Source: a virus. From it: DNA of 64,000 nt. Below, piece by piece: positions 60,001 to 64,000 of the stretch; the stretch's first letter is position 1; each line of letters starts with the position of its first letter. The stretch spans positions 13,729-77,728 of IMG/VR virus record IMGVR_UViG_3300028610_001024. One strand, written 5' to 3'. The notes under the pieces were generated by a model. The model ran no database searches. It was not told the DNA's origin and was given only the letters and a program-made list of their open reading frames with translations. A program made the translations under genes and the position numbers.

Positions 60001-60372
60001 ATGAAAGTCATCATAGCTGGTTCACGTACTGTAGATAACTACGATCTAGTTTGTGGTAGAGTTATCAAGTCTGGGTTTAATATAACTGAGGTAGTAAGTG
60101 GAAAAGGTAAAGGTGTAGGTGAACTAGGTATACTATGGGCGAAGCGTAATGAGATATTATTCTCTTTACATCCACTTGATTATGATCGATATGGGAATCA
60201 GGCTAGAATAGTTAGGAATATCAAAATGGCTGAATATGTAGGTGTGGATGGAGGACTGATAGCTATAACTAATGGAGATGAGGATACCGAAAGTATGATA
60301 GGTGAAGCAATTAGGATAGGATTAGCGATTCACTATTGTTTTGTGAGGAGGTTGTACTATGAGCATGTGTAA
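60001..60372 (+). CDS. SLOG-superfamily (YspA/DUF2493-like) protein
   Basis: MKVIIAGSR, ITEVVSG..KGV..LG..WA, YG..A...RN..MA.Y, T..MI. Confidence 0.85.
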   Translation: MKVIIAGSRTVDNYDLVCGRVIKSGFNITEVVSGKGKGVGELGILWAKRNEILFSLHPLDYDRYGNQARIVRNIKMAEYVGVDGGLIAITNGDEDTESMIGEAIRIGLAIHYCFVRRLYYEHV

Positions 60373-60727
60373 ATATCAAAGATGGATAGAGGAAAATGTA
60401 ACTGAATCATATGGAATGTGTAAAGAAGTCACACTATCTATGTCTAAAGAATTCCCGGAACTAATACGTATACGGGGACATTATTATGACTACTTATGGG
60501 GAGAGAGACAACACTGGTGGCTAGAAACCACTCTAGGAGTAAGGATAGATCCTACAAAAGATCAATTTCCAAGTAAAGGTACAGCTGAATATGTTCCATG
60601 GGTTGAGGGTAGTCAAGAGCCAACTGGAAAATGCCCTAATTGTGGAGACCTTATTTATGATGGAGGGTATACACATGAGGAATGTCATGAAGAATTTGCT
60701 AGAGTATGTATGGGAGGATCACTGTGA
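60359..60727 (+). CDS. Transglutaminase-like fold protein with C-terminal zinc ribbon
   Basis: GMC...HWWLE......DPT; CPNC...HEEC. Confidence 0.5.
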   Translation: MSMCKYQRWIEENVTESYGMCKEVTLSMSKEFPELIRIRGHYYDYLWGERQHWWLETTLGVRIDPTKDQFPSKGTAEYVPWVEGSQEPTGKCPNCGDLIYDGGYTHEECHEEFARVCMGGSL

Positions 60728-60729
60728 AA

Positions 60730-61293
60730 ATGTTTAACCGTAAGCCCCAAGATAAGCTACTAGTAGTACCCTACTCCAAGCTAGATAAGGTCGAACGAAA
60801 GTACCTAATAGACCGTAACCATTTCTACGGTGAAGATCATCAGGATGTATTATATTGTTACGGTCGTCCTTTTGCGATTATAGGAGCTACTAAGGATCCT
60901 CCATATGTATGTGAGGTGTGTCATACTAATTCTCAGGAAGTGTTTAAATGCTCGACGTGTAAAGGGATTTACTGGGGACATGAGCGGTGTATTGTAGGTA
61001 GGTCTAAGGAACTATTTGATAGCGATAATATAACTGATTGTATGTATTTTGGAATGCTGTTCACTGAGGAATCATTAGGGTTTAATTCTACGACGCTGCA
61101 ATCCATGCAGACTTTTGAGGATGTTAACTCTAGAGCTAAACCAAGGGATTTTCTATTCGTGGCACATTTACACGGGGCGAGTAAGAAACAAAATGTTGAT
61201 GATATTACATTAACGTTTAGAGATGGAAGTAAGCATTTCCAGGAAGTGGTAGATGAAGATTACTATACAAAGAAGGTCTTTACTTATGAGTGA
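60730..61293 (+). CDS. Zinc-finger (MYND-like) hypothetical protein
   Basis: CEVC...KCSTCKGIYW..C. Confidence 0.5.
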   Translation: MFNRKPQDKLLVVPYSKLDKVERKYLIDRNHFYGEDHQDVLYCYGRPFAIIGATKDPPYVCEVCHTNSQEVFKCSTCKGIYWGHERCIVGRSKELFDSDNITDCMYFGMLFTEESLGFNSTTLQSMQTFEDVNSRAKPRDFLFVAHLHGASKKQNVDDITLTFRDGSKHFQEVVDEDYYTKKVFTYE

Positions 61294-61611
61294 TAACAGC
61301 TGTAAACATAAAGGCTGCTATAAAGATATCACCTGCACACTTGGATACATAGATAAACGAGAGTGCAAACATTTTCAATCTGGTTATCTAGAGGTTTCAC
61401 TCACACCTATTAGTTTTCGATTAGAAGATAATAGGCCTGTTTATCGTAGAGAGGATGTTGTAAGAGAGGGGCTGAAATTATCTATTTCTAGTGGTACTGA
61501 TGTAAGAAGTCTATGTAAACCTATTAAATAGGGATTATTACCATATGTCACATTCATCATGGAAACCCTCTCAAATATGCTTTCACCCCGTCAAAATAGA
61601 TCAAAAACAGC

Positions 61612-61641
61612 CTTGACATGAACAGGGTGGGGTATTAGACT
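61612..61641 (+). promoter_or_regulatory. Sigma-70-type promoter, copy 2
   Basis: TTGACA-N17-TAGACT; duplicate of 50353-50379. Confidence 0.75.
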
Positions 61642-61989
61642 CGATTTCTGGCTGGTCACAGCACCGTAGGATCTCTCCTACCCGACCTGAGTACAGGGGG
61701 GGCCAGAGTAGCTTTTCAAGTTGAACGTAAAGAAGGAGTAAACGTGAACAGCACAACTGATGGTATAGGTGAGATCTTTACTAGTGGAGAGTCACCAACT
61801 AAACTAAAGTCAAGAGTCCAAAGGCTTAGAGAATTACAAGACGAGCTGGCCAAATTACTAGTATCGCCTTCCCCCAATCCAGAAGATGAAGGAACAGTAG
61901 GTAATACAGAAATAAAAGATGCAATGGTTAATATTGGTACAGCAATAACTGAAATACTCATTCAAAGTAACATAGAGAGGTACTAGATA

Positions 61990-62271
61990 ATGGACGCCAT
62001 AGTAAAAGAAACCAAAAAACTTGATGAACTTGATCAACTTATAGATGAATTCAGAAGTAGAACTAATGACCCCTTACGCAAATCCCTATCTACAGGTGAA
62101 ATGCGACTGGCCTATTTATCATTTATACTCTGCACAACCATGATTGTGTTTGATCTATCCTCACCGGGACAATTAACTATACTGGAATACGCACTCTATG
62201 CAGTTGGGGCGATTTTCTTCGGGCGAAGTGGGGTTAAGGTTAGTGAGATTGTTACAAGGAATAAGAAATGA
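61990..62271 (+). CDS. Two-TM membrane protein (holin-like)
   Basis: Two hydrophobic helices; ends FFGRSGVK. Confidence 0.5.
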   Translation: MDAIVKETKKLDELDQLIDEFRSRTNDPLRKSLSTGEMRLAYLSFILCTTMIVFDLSSPGQLTILEYALYAVGAIFFGRSGVKVSEIVTRNKK

Positions 62272-63233
62272 TTAAGATACCTAATCAGTATAGATTCGAG
62301 TCGCGGCTACTTAAAATGTATTATACAAAGGGGATGTTCTGGTTGAGAGTTTTTGAGATTGGATTATGGTTTGCTTCATATCGTGTACATCCTCCTTTAT
62401 TCTCAGAGAGAAATGGGTTTGTACATACATTATCATTAGGTAAATGGAGAGTAAAAACTCTGCCTTTTTGGGAGAATCAGAAAAAAATAAGTCAATTTAG
62501 TCGCGCGAGTAAACTAGTTTAAATACGAGGAGTAAAGGTAAACACTGTTTATAGGTCATATAGTGAGTGCCACAATATAGATCTAATCGTAACAGAGAGT
62601 GAAGACCATTATGAAAAAATCGTTTTAGCTACTGAGGTCTGTACACAATTAAAATTTACTAGTCGTGAGGATAGAATAATGATTTTTCATGCAATAGCTT
62701 ATGGTGCACGTAAGGGATCGCTTCAAGTTGATGATGGTTTTGATGATCTATTCAGGATGTAGCAAAAAAGTCACGACCCAAAGAAGTTAACTCTACTCAG
62801 TACCCTACTGGCAATACTGCCATAATTTGTTCAAGGAGAAGTCATTCATGAAAATCAAGAAAGTAAACATTAACCCAACGTCGAAAAAAGATCACCCTCT
62901 GCAAAAGGTTGCTGAAGGACTTACTGAGTTAACCGGCAATGAAGGTCTTAGAATTAGCAACTTATCTGGAGAGTATTCGTATACCAACGCTGAAACACTT
63001 CGTAGAGAGCTTGAAAAATTAACAACTTACGCCTTGAATGTTATACCTGGGGATAGGGCTAGAACTACTCACTCATGGATTGTCTATAAGCTTGAGAAGG
63101 GTATAAGTGATGGAGAATCGCCAGAAATAGGTAGCGATGACTAGCACGGTTCAATATCTGAAGGTCTACCAGAAGATACTAAAAAAGTTATTGACGCTTT
63201 AGACCGTGTTTTAAGTAAAGGAATAGAAGCATT

Positions 63234-64000
63234 ATGACCTCCAAAGAAATAATACAACAGTTAGCTACACTAGGCTTAAAAAAGCACGGTGACAAGGCTA
63301 CTCTTGAAGACTATTTACTTACAGCTCAAAAGATGGACATTCCCTCTAGCTCTAAAATAATAGAAATTCATGCCGAGATACCCACAGAAACTCAGCTAGA
63401 AATCCAAACCATTACTGAGATCTCAAAAGCGTTCCCCGCGATACAATCCCAAACTGATCTAGAAATAGCTGTCGAGTTACGATTTAACCGAATCGCTCTT
63501 GCAAAAGATCTAATTAGTAGACTACTACAAATCGATCAACAAGAAATTGAGATACAGTTAGCAAGGAATAGTTTTAATAAATCAAAAGAGTATATGCAAC
63601 GATTGCTTGAACCCCTAGAGCAAGCTGATGAAGCTATAAATCAACGTATGATTGAGTATGAACAGATTAACCAACAACAACAAACTAAGCAAAGAGATAA
63701 CCTTTTAACAATGATGGTTGAACAGAGTGAAAAAGATATTTTAGAAAAAGCTGAACAGTTGATAGAAGATGGTAAAATCTCAGAAGCTACAAAGTTACTA
63801 GACACATTAGACGATGAAGTTAGCAATACTAATGATGCTTTAGAGCTTGTACTTCCAAAGGATAAAAAGGTTAAAACTAAAGTAGAAGGGGCTACATTTA
63901 CTAGTGGGTGGGATTGGAAGCTAAATGATATCAAAAAGGTTAAGTCTAAGTACTTACGTCCACAAGTTGAAAACAAGGGTGAAATTAGAAAGGTTGTTAC
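63234..64000 (+). CDS. Coiled-coil phage protein, 3'-truncated by the window (not in ORF track)
   Basis: AAGGA SD, ATG 63234, frame open to the end; W.W...D...V...YL motif near the end. Confidence 0.65.
   Translation, partial: MTSKEIIQQLATLGLKKHGDKATLEDYLLTAQKMDIPSSSKIIEIHAEIPTETQLEIQTITEISKAFPAIQSQTDLEIAVELRFNRIALAKDLISRLLQIDQQEIEIQLARNSFNKSKEYMQRLLEPLEQADEAINQRMIEYEQINQQQQTKQRDNLLTMMVEQSEKDILEKAEQLIEDGKISEATKLLDTLDDEVSNTNDALELVLPKDKKVKTKVEGATFTSGWDWKLNDIKKVKSKYLRPQVENKGEIRKVV

Noticed and set aside
416-63976. Minus-strand ORFs in the track (e.g. 30053-30520, 37599-37955, 63641-63976)
   Set aside because: They shadow well-supported + strand genes, are Ser/Pro/Leu-rich antisense translations and lack SDs
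1-64000. Genome-wide stop-codon reassignment (frequent TAG/CTAG, one in-frame TGA)
   Set aside because: Large genes are intact in code 11 and TAG, TGA and TAA all terminate genes; no suppressor tRNA seen

Overview
The window is part of a large, AT-rich tailed dsDNA phage genome with siphovirus-type morphogenesis genes. Essentially all genes are on the + strand and ORFs run off both ends. Layout: (i) 1-23 kb, an early/accessory region of many small ORFs, including a NYN ribonuclease, DNA-binding proteins and a terminase small-subunit candidate; (ii) 23.4-50 kb, amidase endolysin, TerL, portal, scaffold, P22-like coat, head-tail and tail genes, a -1 frameshifted tail chaperone, a 2065-aa tape measure and tail-tip proteins; (iii) 50-64 kb, two tRNAs (Ile2/Met-CAT and Leu-TAA), a UDG-exonuclease-PolA fusion, MazG, HD and SLOG proteins. 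The most unusual signals are non-coding. They are five sigma-54 (-24/-12) promoter motifs, two with a conserved triple-palindrome upstream cassette; a ~360-nt highly structured RNA candidate upstream of the NYN nuclease; and an XerC/D dif-like site inside an iteron-like repeat array. Further signals are a 75-nt T-loop RNA resembling a permuted tRNA or Y RNA, a per-gene C-rich-start/G-rich-end skew, and a TTA-free capsid gene in a TTA-rich genome. All calls come from reading the sequence by eye; no database searches or folding computations were run.
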